A stretch of 64,000 nt of DNA from Ptychomitrium polyphyllum (Eukaryota). A program made the translations under genes and the position numbers. Positions 28,798-41,149 of this stretch are shown here, piece after piece. Each line of letters starts with the position of its first letter. Positions within the stretch are counted from its first letter, which is position 1. The notes under the pieces are model-generated. The model ran no database searches. It saw only the letters and a program-made list of their open reading frames with translations, and was not told the origin of the DNA. The stretch covers positions 8,184,001 through 8,248,000 of the forward strand of contig OZ316776.1 of assembly GCA_973851085.1 (NCBI GenBank), read 5' to 3'.

Positions 28798-30949
28798 CTA
28801 GTTTGCAAAGACTGCCGTTTGCCCCTGCATTGCAGGTCCGCCAGCTGCAGGATTAGGTTGGCCACTCTGTGCGCCAAGCCCTCCATCGGACGAAGTTGAC
28901 AACTTGCTACCCATCAAATCCCTAGGTTGTACACCAGCAGCCTCGAGACGTCTCCATGTCAGCTCTCGCTTTTCCTCCACGCCTTGAGCCTTCGCTTCAT
29001 CTTCCTGATACTTGCGTTGACATTCCAGAAATAACTCTTGGTCCATCTCAAGAAACATTTTGCGAACATTGAGCGTCAACCCGTGTACAGCCTGATTCCA
29101 GTGGTTTCGTGTATTCCTCTCTAAAGCAGCATATATTAAGGGCAGTACCACGTGACGATTCTGTGCAACAAGACTCACAATGTGATCGTTGTTCCAGAGA
29201 AAAAGCGCCCGCTCCGCCACCTGGCAGGTGCAAGACAAAAGAATGAAGCAATACCAACCACAACAGAAAGCCTTCTAGTACATCGTCATAGAACAATTCA
29301 TGAGCTTTGCGGTAACAGTCCGACAAAAATCCAACGAGACAGAAACCAACTGCCGTTAAACTACCGAAAACCAAACCAGTAACTACAAAGTGAATCGCAG
29401 GCAGCTGATGATGCACAAAACAATGCCAGTAAGAAAACCACCACCATTGGCACCACAAACTTCCAGAAACAACCACTACCATCCGCACACTAAAAAAACA
29501 AAAACACAAAACATCTCCAACAAAACTCACAACAGCCCTCGCTACCAAACCAACCCTAAAATCCAGCCACCACAAATTTTAAACTTCTTGCTAAACAACA
29601 TCCTCATGAAAGAAAAACTCCAAGCCTTCCTGAACAACTAACATCACTCCCACTCCCTCGCAGTCATCATTCACCCACTCACCCCACCGCACCACCACAC
29701 CACCTACCTGGAAATGCGAACTGTTCAAACACCGCCCGATCTGCCGAAACAGCGGCACCATGCACCGCTGGAACTCCGCGCTCTGCGTCGCCTCCAGCAC
29801 CTCCTCCAGCTCCCCGAGAAACAGCACCTCCTTCTGGCTGTTCGTCACCGGCCAGTACCGCAGCAGCCCCCGGATCACCACGTCCGCCAGCTTGAAGTCC
29901 TTCTCCACGAACTGGATTATGCAGTACGACAGCTGCTGGTGGTACATCGACACGCACTTCGGCTTGTGCAGCGGGATCAGCGCCCGCACCAGAAACATCT
30001 TGTGCTCCTCCTTCAGCGGCAGCGCGAACCCGTTGATGATGCTCCCCAGAATCTCCAGCAGCTCCGCCACCCCGTTGTGCTTCTCCGTCTCGAATATGAA
30101 CCGGTAGAAGATGTTGTTGATCGCCTTCCGGATGAACGGCCGGTGCACCATGAACTTCCCGTAGATCCGGTGCAGAATCGTCTTCAGGTACTCCCGCTCC
30201 CGCGGGTCCTCGCTGTCGAACAGGTCCAGCAGCCGCAGCACGAACCCGTGGTCGATGTACCGCTTCGCCAGCTTCGCGTCCGTCTCCGACGACACCACGT
30301 ACCGCAGCAGAAACTCGTACACGATCTGCAGGTGCGGCCACGCCGGCTCCATCGTCGGCTCCTCCTCCTCCGGGTCGAAATTGTCCGACCCCGTGTTCTC
30401 GTGCGACGACGGCGGCAGTGTCCGGAACAGGTTCGCCGCCAGCATCTTCGTGATGTCCTCGAACACCGCCTCCGTGAACTTCCCCGACCCCGACGTCACG
30501 TAGTCCACCAGCTCCAGCAGCGTCTGCCGCTTGATCTCCTTCTCCTTCACGTTCTTCGACGGATCCGTGAAGTCGAACGTGTAGCAGCACAGCGCCAGCT
30601 TCCGCACGAACAGGCTCTGCCGGTCCGACGTCGGCACGTCCCTGAACGACGGCAGCGCCTCGAAGCTCCCGTTCGGCACCTTCCCCGCCGCGCCCAATCG
30701 CCCCGCCGGCCCCTGCGCGCCTGCGGCCCCCGGCGCCCCCGCCACCTTCGATGCGGGGGCCCCCGCAGCTGCTGCCCCCCGCGCCCCCGCGCCATTGTTG
30801 CCGGCCTTGCTCGCCGCTGCCTGCCCTGCGGCCCCAGGAGCACCCGACGACGACGCGGCGGGCGCCGAGGCCAACACCTCCGGCTTCTCATTGCTGTCGC
30901 CCTTCCCCTTCTTCCCGCGCTGCATCACGCTCTTCAACTTGAAAACCAT
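28798..30949 (-). CDS. Protein phosphatase 2A regulatory subunit B' (B56), copy A, 554 aa
   Basis: Exon 1 30949-29708, intron 29707-29221, exon 2 29220-28798. B56 signatures: [65 protein letters not shown]. Confidence 0.96.
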
Positions 30950-31012
30950 CTTGTCGCAGCGTTTGCTTTGTTTCAAACTGAGCTATTTTGCTGTCCAGAC
31001 CTAAAACCACGC
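29640..31012. repeat. Left arm of 1,373-bp inverted repeat (partner 35910-37282)
   Basis: Position i pairs with 66922-i. Boundaries were read directly: mismatches at 29639/37283 and 31013/35909. Sense, alternative-frame and antisense ORF translations are identical for both arms. Confidence 0.93.
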
Positions 31013-34000
31013 CCCCGTCCGCTGCTCTCCTTGCGACAACACCAGCATTTAGAAATATCACCACTCCTGTCTCCACCAATGCCTGGCACTCAACTGCGAG
31101 TCCGCGTCGCACCTCTGCTCATTCACTCATGTATTCACATCGCCCGTTCCGCATCAACGTCGTCGCTACTGGACAAACATACCTTCATCCAAATCTACAA
31201 CTCCACTCAGGAGTCCAATGGCGCACGATAAACCTCACACACGATCTCCACACGTACCGAGCCCGCTGCAACGGCGCACCTCGCACTCTGCCATCCCGCT
31301 CCTCTGTTCTCCTACGCAACACAAGATCTGAATTTCAGATCTAAACATAACTCCTCCACTTCACCGCAATGCATCCGTTTCCAAAACCCGCCACCGCCCC
31401 TCATTCCATGCGCTCCGACAGATTTCCGCCAAACGCCCTCACTCACCTTAGCCGATACGCGCGTGACTCCCCCCACCACCTCACAGCAAGCCGAATCCCT
31501 GAACTTCACCGAATGAACTCTCCAAGAACCGATCCGCTCCCATCCACACAACCAAACCCTAGACAGTTCCAGAGAAAAACGAAGCTCAGTGCTCACACAG
31601 TTACCTGAAAACAGGAACTAAGAGCTCCTGATCGAATGATTTCAACTGGCTCCCGGCTGCCGGCTCTTGCGCGGATCGGCCAGGAGTCGAGGCTGGAGCA
31701 ACCTCGCGAGCAGAGCAAACCCTTGGTCCCGCAAGCACGCGGGCCTCCTCCCCTATCTGTGTCCCCGTCTGCTCTCATCATCTGCGTCAAGTATGGAAAC
31801 CGAGTGCAACGGAAAGTGCAAGCGCATGGCTTCTAGCACTATGGGTTCCTCAACGCCGTGCTCCTCTCTCGCTCCGACGGCCCAGATCTTCCCATGCGTC
31901 CCATCCTGTGGTCGCTGTTGCCTTTTGCCAGGCTCACCCCTGTTTTCATTGGGTGTATGTTATGTTTTGGATACCGGTACTCATATCCGGGCGAATGCAA
32001 GTTACTGGCTCAAGTGTGTGGGATTTGGTACGCTCGGAAGACCTTGTCACTTCATCCCACGGCCCAGCCAAATTGAATGTAAGGGTAAGAATTATATTTG
32101 CATGCTGGTACACTGAAAGTGTGACTTCATGTCAACCACAGTAATTGATTTTAGAATGCTATGACTTTATTCTTGATGAATACTTATCAACTTTGATCAC
32201 TGGAGTCTTCTACATATATAGCATCAATATCTTTATTCTTTCCAAAATTTCAACTTACATGAAAACTTATAATTATTTTCTTGTAAATAAATGAAATTTA
32301 GATACTTACTTGACAAAGGTGCCATGGAATATCTAACAATTTGTTGTGTTATTACATGATGAATGAGTCAAAACTTGCATCTATTCGGACATGCGCCAAT
32401 AGCACTATCTTTTACAACATGTGCATTGAATACCTTGATATTGGCAAGACTATTTTAGCTTAAAATAGATAAAAATTATACCAACAAAATACGAGGCTTT
32501 TTAAATACATGGATTATGTTTTTAGACATATAAAAAAATCCTAAATTTTCATACAAATGTTTTTAAACTGATATTAGAATAGAATCCAATGCTTTCGGAA
32601 TGATTTTTTTTTAAAAATTGATGAATAATATAACTAAATATATATAAGTTAAATTAAAGAGTTTTATTTAATTAGAGAATTTTACATATTATAAACTTCA
32701 TTATATTTACTACATTTATTGTTTCACAAAATGGTTTGTAATTTCATTGACAAAAAATATATATGTTGAGACAACACCATTTAAAATTATTTGATTTGGC
32801 TAATTTTCATGCATGGTTAAATCATCACAACTCCTTTTAAATTAGTCCAATTTACAAATTAATACAAATGATGTCCAATTCAAAATTCTTTTTGTAAAAA
32901 GAATAATTATTATTTTAGAATTTATTTTAAATAATAATTTAGAGTTTTTAAATAAAAAATTTCCACAAAACTATAAAAAATCTCATATATTTATTGTGCA
33001 TCAATTTATAATCACCTACATTTTATAATTTAAGTATTATTCAAAGTGTAATTTTAAAAATCATCTTTTGTATAATCGAAAGAAAATTCTTTTGCCTAAT
33101 TGATATAATTACTATAATAATGTTATACAATGGTCAAGTCTCAAAGTTCATATTATTTTTTATAGAATTTTCACTTTTAAATTTACTTCAAACCACCATA
33201 TTAAAAATGATATATAAGAATATCATTTTTCTTTGCTTCTTTCTTCCATTATTATATAATTTATACCTTTTTATCTATTCCTTCACAACTAAGTTCATGT
33301 TTTCTTTTGTTTTAACTAATTCTTTTCTTTTATAGATTTTTAACAACCACTTTATACTTGACTTTTGTAAGAAGCTTTTAAATGATTATGTGATTGTATT
33401 TTGAGAATCTAATAGTGATAATTAAAATAATTTATGCAAGATGTTTCATATTTTTCATATTATATTAATTTTTTTTTTTATTGCCATTGTATATACATAC
33501 TTGGTGCATACTTGGTGAAATAATGTTGGTACTACATCAGTTTTTACTTTTAGTGTCTTATTTATTTTGCAAAATATTTTAATATGGTTCTTTATTCAAT
33601 TATTATATTAAACTTGTAAATATCATTTGAGTTATAAACAACATTGAATTCTAAGACTTTGAATATTTGAACAATAAGTAGATTATGCCAACTACAAATA
33701 TCATATTTTACATGAAGCTTTTTAAATGAGATATGGAAAAAAACATATAACAAATATAAGAAAATTTATAGTTTTAAATGGATAGAAATTGTAAATAAAA
33801 GCCTATTGTTTTACACTCACATTATATTTATTTAAAGCGTTTAAATTTGAATTTAAGTTTTTTTATTTTGAAGAATCAAGATGCAATTGAAAGAATCATC
33901 ACATGCACCAATGCTTTGTCATATTATAATTATTTAAAAAAAATTGAGCATTAGCAAAGAAATAAGTTTGTTGTATGGAAATAAACTTCTAAGACACAAA

Positions 34001-35909
34001 GCTAAGTTGGCTTATAAGTCTAAACTTAAATGGACTATAACAATATAAAGTATTAATATTATAATACTTATTATTTGAACATAATAAATTATATAAAGAA
34101 ATTGATAAAGTATTATTAAATTTTAATATATGGCTTTGAAATGCATAACCAACATACGTTGCATTTATCATTTTTATGTTCGTATCTTAATTTTCATAAT
34201 TTTGAACTTCATATTTAGATCATTTTAAATAAAAACTATTCATCATGTATTTATTACAATTTCCAATTCAGTTGTAATTAGTGCCAAAGGACAATCTAAT
34301 CATAAGAACACTAATATTTTTAATGGTTTATAATAAACCTCTTTAAGAATATTTCACACTTCACCATATATTTATTGAAAATTGAATCATTTTAAAAATA
34401 CATTAATGTTCACAATGTAAGTGCAATGATAACTTAAATTCTTAGAAATGTTCTTCAAAATGAACAGCAAAAATCCAAAGAACTAAAGGAGTAACCTAAA
34501 AATAAATTATTTGCAAGTTAGACCGTTTCCTCACCTAATATATTGCTATGTAATCTCACCTCCAGCTTGACTTCATATATGTTTATAACTGGACCACAAA
34601 TCCCAAGGTAACAAAGTTTCATCCAGCTTTGACCAACTCACCTAGAATCTGCACACAAACTTGCACTACAAAGCGGGGAACAGGAGCCCAACCATGACAG
34701 CATCAAACAACGTCGACTACGGAGGTAGCTCCGAAGACAAGGACCGCCGGATGCGAGGGACGGGGCCATCGGGGCCGTTGGGGTCCAGAACAGGGCAAGG
34801 GCCTAGAGGCAACTTACACACAGTGGGAGAGACTGGAAGGTTTACTCCCATTCAAGTCCGTGCCTCGTCCCTGTGCTCTGTGCTCTGTGCTCTGCTGCGT
34901 GCTGCGTGCTCCTAATGTCGCCAAGACGACGAAGGCCCCGCTTTGGCTTCCGCTCATTCCAACCTCAATCTTGACTCACGCGCGCCGCTGGGAGCATCCG
35001 CAAGGCAAGGCTAGGCTGGTGCGCGGCGTATTGGCTCCCCAAGGATTGGCGATGATGGTGCCAGGACTCATTGCTCGTTGTTGAGTAGGGTTAGCACGGA
35101 CAAATGCTTCGCCTCCTCCCTCTGTTGGACTCACCAGCGTTGGGCGCTGACAAGGGGAGGATACTCAGCGATTGGCGACAGATTGGGACGGAGGCAACGG
35201 AAGCGGACCACGTCGCGGAACCGTCTCGCTTGGTGGAGGCTCAAGGTTTTGGTTGATTCGCGCGGGAGCCGGGAGCCAGTTTAAATCATTCGACTAGGAG
35301 CTACAAGGCTGTTTTCCAGGTTTGTGAGCTTCGTTTCTCTGGAACTGTCTAAAGTTTGGCTGTGTGGATGGGCGCAGATCGGTTCTTGAAGTGTTGTTTT
35401 GGTGAAGTCCTTAGCTCCGGGATTTGGCTTTCTATGCGGTGATGCAGGAAGCTTCTTGCGTATCCGTTTAGTGCGTAAGGCGATTCGATTTGCTGGATAG
35501 GTCTTGGAGCGGATGGCATACAGAGCATTGGCGGGTTTGTGGAGACGGATGCATTGCGGTGAAGTGCAGGAGTTGTGATTAGGTCGTGAGGTCTGAAATT
35601 AGGATTTTGTCTTGTGTAGTAGCGGGTGGGATGGGAGGCTGCGAGGTGCGCCGTTGCAGCGGGCTTGGTAGACGTGGAGATTGTTAATGAGGTTTTACTC
35701 TTGCCATTGGACTCCTCACTGGAGTCCCGAATGTGGTTGGAGGCATGTCTGTCCGGTGGTGATCAGGATGATGCGAAAGGCTCCATACGAATGCGTTAGT
35801 GAATGAGCAGAGGTGCGACGTGGACGTTGTCATAGTGGCAGGCATTAGTAAAAACCAGCGCGCATATTTGCAAAAGCTGGGCTTGTTGCTCCAGCAAAAA
35901 CAGACCAGA

Positions 35910-37282
35910 GCGTGGTTTTAGGTCTGGACAGCAAAATAGCTCAGTTTGAAACAAAGCAAACGCTGCGACAAGATGGTTTTCAAGTTGAAGAGCGTGATGC
36001 AGCGCGGGAAGAAGGGGAAGGGCGACAGCAATGAGAAGCCGGAGGTGTTGGCCTCGGCGCCCGCCGCGTCGTCGTCGGGTGCTCCTGGGGCCGCAGGGCA
36101 GGCAGCGGCGAGCAAGGCCGGCAACAATGGCGCGGGGGCGCGGGGGGCAGCAGCTGCGGGGGCCCCCGCATCGAAGGTGGCGGGGGCGCCGGGGGCCGCA
36201 GGCGCGCAGGGGCCGGCGGGGCGATTGGGCGCGGCGGGGAAGGTGCCGAACGGGAGCTTCGAGGCGCTGCCGTCGTTCAGGGACGTGCCGACGTCGGACC
36301 GGCAGAGCCTGTTCGTGCGGAAGCTGGCGCTGTGCTGCTACACGTTCGACTTCACGGATCCGTCGAAGAACGTGAAGGAGAAGGAGATCAAGCGGCAGAC
36401 GCTGCTGGAGCTGGTGGACTACGTGACGTCGGGGTCGGGGAAGTTCACGGAGGCGGTGTTCGAGGACATCACGAAGATGCTGGCGGCGAACCTGTTCCGG
36501 ACACTGCCGCCGTCGTCGCACGAGAACACGGGGTCGGACAATTTCGACCCGGAGGAGGAGGAGCCGACGATGGAGCCGGCGTGGCCGCACCTGCAGATCG
36601 TGTACGAGTTTCTGCTGCGGTACGTGGTGTCGTCGGAGACGGACGCGAAGCTGGCGAAGCGGTACATCGACCACGGGTTCGTGCTGCGGCTGCTGGACCT
36701 GTTCGACAGCGAGGACCCGCGGGAGCGGGAGTACCTGAAGACGATTCTGCACCGGATCTACGGGAAGTTCATGGTGCACCGGCCGTTCATCCGGAAGGCG
36801 ATCAACAACATCTTCTACCGGTTCATATTCGAGACGGAGAAGCACAACGGGGTGGCGGAGCTGCTGGAGATTCTGGGGAGCATCATCAACGGGTTCGCGC
36901 TGCCGCTGAAGGAGGAGCACAAGATGTTTCTGGTGCGGGCGCTGATCCCGCTGCACAAGCCGAAGTGCGTGTCGATGTACCACCAGCAGCTGTCGTACTG
37001 CATAATCCAGTTCGTGGAGAAGGACTTCAAGCTGGCGGACGTGGTGATCCGGGGGCTGCTGCGGTACTGGCCGGTGACGAACAGCCAGAAGGAGGTGCTG
37101 TTTCTCGGGGAGCTGGAGGAGGTGCTGGAGGCGACGCAGAGCGCGGAGTTCCAGCGGTGCATGGTGCCGCTGTTTCGGCAGATCGGGCGGTGTTTGAACA
37201 GTTCGCATTTCCAGGTAGGTGGTGTGGTGGTGCGGTGGGGTGAGTGGGTGAATGATGACTGCGAGGGAGTGGGAGTGATGTT
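35910..37282. repeat. Right arm of 1,373-bp inverted repeat (partner 29640-31012)
   Basis: Reverse complement of 29640-31012. Covers the end of the 5'UTR intron, all of coding exon 1 and 68 nt of the next intron. Confidence 0.93.
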
Positions 37283-38277
37283 TGTTAATTTCGAGCCATC
37301 TCTGTATGCTTTCGAATTCAAGTTAGAATCTTAGTCATGGATCCTTGAGCGGATCAGTTTTGGTTGGATTGTGGTACACGTATATGGTGTATATTCCCTG
37401 AGGATGGTTTGACAGTGATTTGTACGTTGCTTGCCGTATGCTTTATTTTTCTTGTAGCCGAAACCAGGTGGGCGGTTTGCCGTGGAAACCAGCGTGGTAG
37501 TTGTTTGGTCTGTCTTGAGGGAGGGATTGTTTAGAGAGGCTGTGCCTAGCAGTTTGTTTGGATGGATTCATTTGGCTTGAAATCTTACGTTTTTAATGTC
37601 CCCCAAGGAAACAATCCTGACCTGCAAGTTATAGGATGGTTACGATTTTTCGGAGGTTGAGTTTGGTATGGTGGGTGAGGAGAATAATCTTCTGGAGCAA
37701 TTTTTCTGGAGTTGATAGTTTACTTTGGGTGACAAAGCAGGAATATTGTTTCCGGGAATACGTTGGAGTTGGCAGAATTTGTTGAGGCTTAGAAACGCTT
37801 CTTTTCGGTGAACACGGCCTCACAGCACATTTTGCTTGATGTTGTGAGCCGCAGGTAGCAGAGCGGGCGCTTTTCCTGTGGAACAACGATCACATTGTAA
37901 GTTTGGTGGCTCAGAATCGGCAGGTGGTGCTACCTATTATTTTCCCCGCGTTAGAGAGGAATACACGAAACCACTGGAACCAGGCTGTACACGGGTTGAC
38001 GGTAAACGTACGCAAAATGTTTCTGGAGATGGACCAGGAGCTATTCCAAGAATGCCAACGCAAGTATCAGGAAGGTGAGTCGAAGGCCAAAGTGATTGAA
38101 GAGACACGGGAACTAACATGGATCCGACTTGAGGCTGTTGGGAACCAACGGAGTAGCTCGACTGTTAGCAGCAGTCTAGCATTGTCTGATGGTGTGACGA
38201 GGACAACGACGGTCCCCAGTAAGACAGTTGGGAGTGGGGCCCCGGTAGTGGTCCAGAATGCAGCCCTGGAGAAGTAG
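35973..38277 (+). CDS. Protein phosphatase 2A regulatory subunit B' (B56), copy B, 554 aa
   Basis: Exon 1 35973-37214 (CAG|gtaggt), intron 37215-37854, exon 2 37855-38277. Same B56 motifs as copy A, with a diverged exon 2. Confidence 0.96.
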
Positions 38278-40559
38278 TCTGTGGGGTTCCAATTCTCTCT
38301 AGCGTGAGATGTATGATTGTCAAGAGCGAGACACAGGTTGAGATTGCCCTGGAGATATGCGTTCCCTCTCTTGTGCTCCTTTTGGAACTGGCAGTCACCC
38401 TCCCGATTTATTCCGATGAGGGTCATTTCTCGGTCTCAGTTACAAATGACTACAAACGCCAGGGTCGCGGCAGATCATGAACCATGCCCACGCGTTGGCA
38501 ATGTCGGATGTGGGACTGGGCAAGGGTCGGGAAGGTAGGACTGGGATTTATTGAGACTGAGAGGGTCAAAGCAGAAGCAGAGAACGTCTGTACTAGGAGA
38601 CCTGCAGATTCCGTATGCGGTAATATCCAAGTTGTATCTTTTCTTCTTCCAGCATTTTTGTTGCTTTTTGCTCCTGTCTTGTGTAGGGGTCAATGCCGGA
38701 GTTAAAATGAGTTAAGATTAATAGGTGTTTGTTTTGAGCAGGCATCTGCTTTTTTTGTTTTGTGTAAAAATACAGCTTAGAATGAGACCCGTGGAAAGCT
38801 TTTTGTCGATGTGCATTTTGGTGTTTGTCAGCTTGGAAGATAGTTCGTCTGTGAGTCTGTAGTCGTGGAGATCGAACAAGTCGTGAGGACGTCTCTTTTC
38901 TGAATTGTGAAGGGATGTATTGGGCAGGGACTTCGACGTAGGTATGCTAGAGTCCAGAAGCTAGTATTTCATTGCAGGAATGTTATTGACAGCTGGCGAG
39001 GAAGAATATTCGAGCTGTAGAGAGGTGCCATTAGAAATTAGAGCTTTACTGTACATTTACTTTTTATCGATCAATTTTCTCCTGTCAATATGAGAGTGAT
39101 TGTGTACATCTGTTGATGCACAACCCTCCCGTGTGGACGTTGAACTCGTTTATTAGGGTCTACTAGACACTCTTGGACATCTCAACCTGATGGTCAAATG
39201 TTTTGTTCAATCCTCTCTCTTCATCAGTGTAGCGGATGTCTGGTCTGATTTGAAGAGACGTTTACTCGTAAATATTGTGCTGACGATTTTGATTCAGATG
39301 CAGCCAGTCGTCTTGATCAGTTGTGTTCTCTTTCTAATTGATAGATGGATTCGCTGTGTGGTAAATGCTTTCCTTGTCCTGTAGGTTGCCTTGAAGGATG
39401 GTGCAGGACCTTGATTTTAGAGGGCTTTGTTTTCTCAGACTCTGGTTCAGCTCACTCTTATTGACTACAATTGCTGTCGGTTTGCGTAGTGGCCTTAGAA
39501 CTTTAGATTGAGTTGTCTTTTTTCATATTGTGGGGAGCTTTTTGTTTTTTCTGTGTTGGGACCGTTTTGTAATGTTGGATCTGGGGCTGGGTCATTAGTG
39601 TTTCCATCGGATGGTGTTTGTGTTGATCACCGTTGAAGACATTGAGTATTTTCAATGCAGTAAGTTTGTTTCGAATGAACCGTCTAGAGTACTGGAAATG
39701 CAGTAATCTGCTTCCATTACTCAGTTTTTAAAACTCTGAATGGTTGAAGTGGGAAGGTTGACCAGTTTCAGCATTTTCTTGTCAATATGGACAGTACATG
39801 GGAGAGATCGGGAGCAATTAGGAATGAACGTTGGCCTTGGTTTTGCAGTTTTGTTCTTGATATGAATATGTATGCGGCCTCCTCAAGAATGAATCACTTG
39901 TCTACCACAAAACTCAAATTGCACCATAAGAAAGATGAAAGACGCTTGGCACTTGTTACCATTAATTAGTTGAATTGAATGATATTTTACTTATGAGCAT
40001 ACCGGTTTGAAGTGTACAGTATGAGGATGTTGATTAGAGCAACCTCAAAGATGGTGAAACTGGTATGTGTTTTTATTCATAATTGATTTTTTGAAAACAA
40101 ACGCAGGTGTTGGGATTCTCAGGATTTGTTTATACCATAGCTTCAAGATATAAGATTTTTTTCATTTTGCAGTAGTAGTTTTTCTTCTTATGCTCCTCTT
40201 CTGCAAATCCTTTCCTGAGCCTCAACAAGTTGGACTTTGGTCTTCACTGATACCTTTTCTTGTGCAATTTTCTTCGCTTTGGTGATGAAGTGCTCTACAA
40301 AAACTAAAGCATCAACTACATCGCAACAGCATAGCATCAACCAGGTACACACGCACAACGTGTTGCACCACATCAATGTATTACTAAAGAACAATGAGAG
40401 AATAAGCGCGGACTCTGCCCAATATCTATGCTCCTGCTACTTGCTAGCCCTGGACTAAGTTCATTCTGTGGCTGGATGATAAGTTGACTACAAAGCTTAT
40501 TATGCAACCACGCAAAGAGATAATGCAATAAAAGTAATTGACTAGATCAGTAATGTTTA

Positions 40560-41149
40560 TTTAAGGCAATATTCATCGACGTTCATTTGATGTTCAACAT
40601 GCTTTGTGTGTTTTTTGATCATTATGGGCATTTCGATGAAACTATCTATAAAGAAAACTTTGAAGCTGTTGCCCACGTCTTGAGCAACTAGATCCAGACT
40701 TCCAGAGTCGCTACACAATGCTCCGGTGTGCCTGGCATTGTCATATTTCTCCTTCTCATCAGGGGGTAGGAAGGCTCTCCGAAACAAATTCGCAGACAAG
40801 ACCTCCATCTGTAGCCACCATTTCCTCAACTGAATTGCTCAATCCTTCAATTCCTTCCAGCGTTTTTAAATGCTTGATTCTGCACTACCCTTTTACCTCC
40901 ACCCATTGAACCTTCGTCGAGTCTGAGAGTTTTTAACAACACATGCAGCAGTGCAACAAAACCCTTCCTTGCATTCTGGAGAGGAGTGCTAAACTTCGAC
41001 GTGGAGATGAAAGAATCCCATCTCTTGCACACATCGCGACATCAGTACATATCGGGGTCAGGCAAGAACGACAACACTCTTGCCACAAGCACATCCGGAA
41101 GCCTCTGCCACACCCGAGGTTCCACCCTGCAGCTCTTTGCTACAGACAT
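40560..41149 (-). pseudogene. F-box protein pseudogene
   Basis: ATG 41149 gives MSVAKSCRVEPRVWQRLPDVLVARVLSFLPDPDMY*CRDVCKRWDSFISTSKF, a plant F-box motif (W..LP..L..RVLSFLP....VCKRW) with an in-frame TGA at 41044-41042. Downstream fragments VATDGGLVCEF and VGNSFKVF lie in different frames with further stops. Confidence 0.75.

Noticed and set aside
29714..31231. 505-aa antisense ORF, its 470-aa mirror at 35796-37208 and the 303-aa alternative-frame ORFs over PP2A exon 1
   Set aside because: Expected shadows of near-100% GC3, which removes stop codons from the other frames. The products are low-complexity, lack motifs and have non-ATG starts.
29640..37282. Inverted repeat as transposon TIRs or as a hairpin-RNA/siRNA locus
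   Set aside because: The arms are PP2A coding exons and no transposase is visible in the spacer. The genes are transcribed away from each other, so no fold-back transcript is expected.
39687..39722. Short imperfect hairpin GAGTACTGGAA...TTCCATTACTC, and a similar weak one at ~53343-53395
   Set aside because: Stems are short and bulged, within chance expectation for 64 kb.
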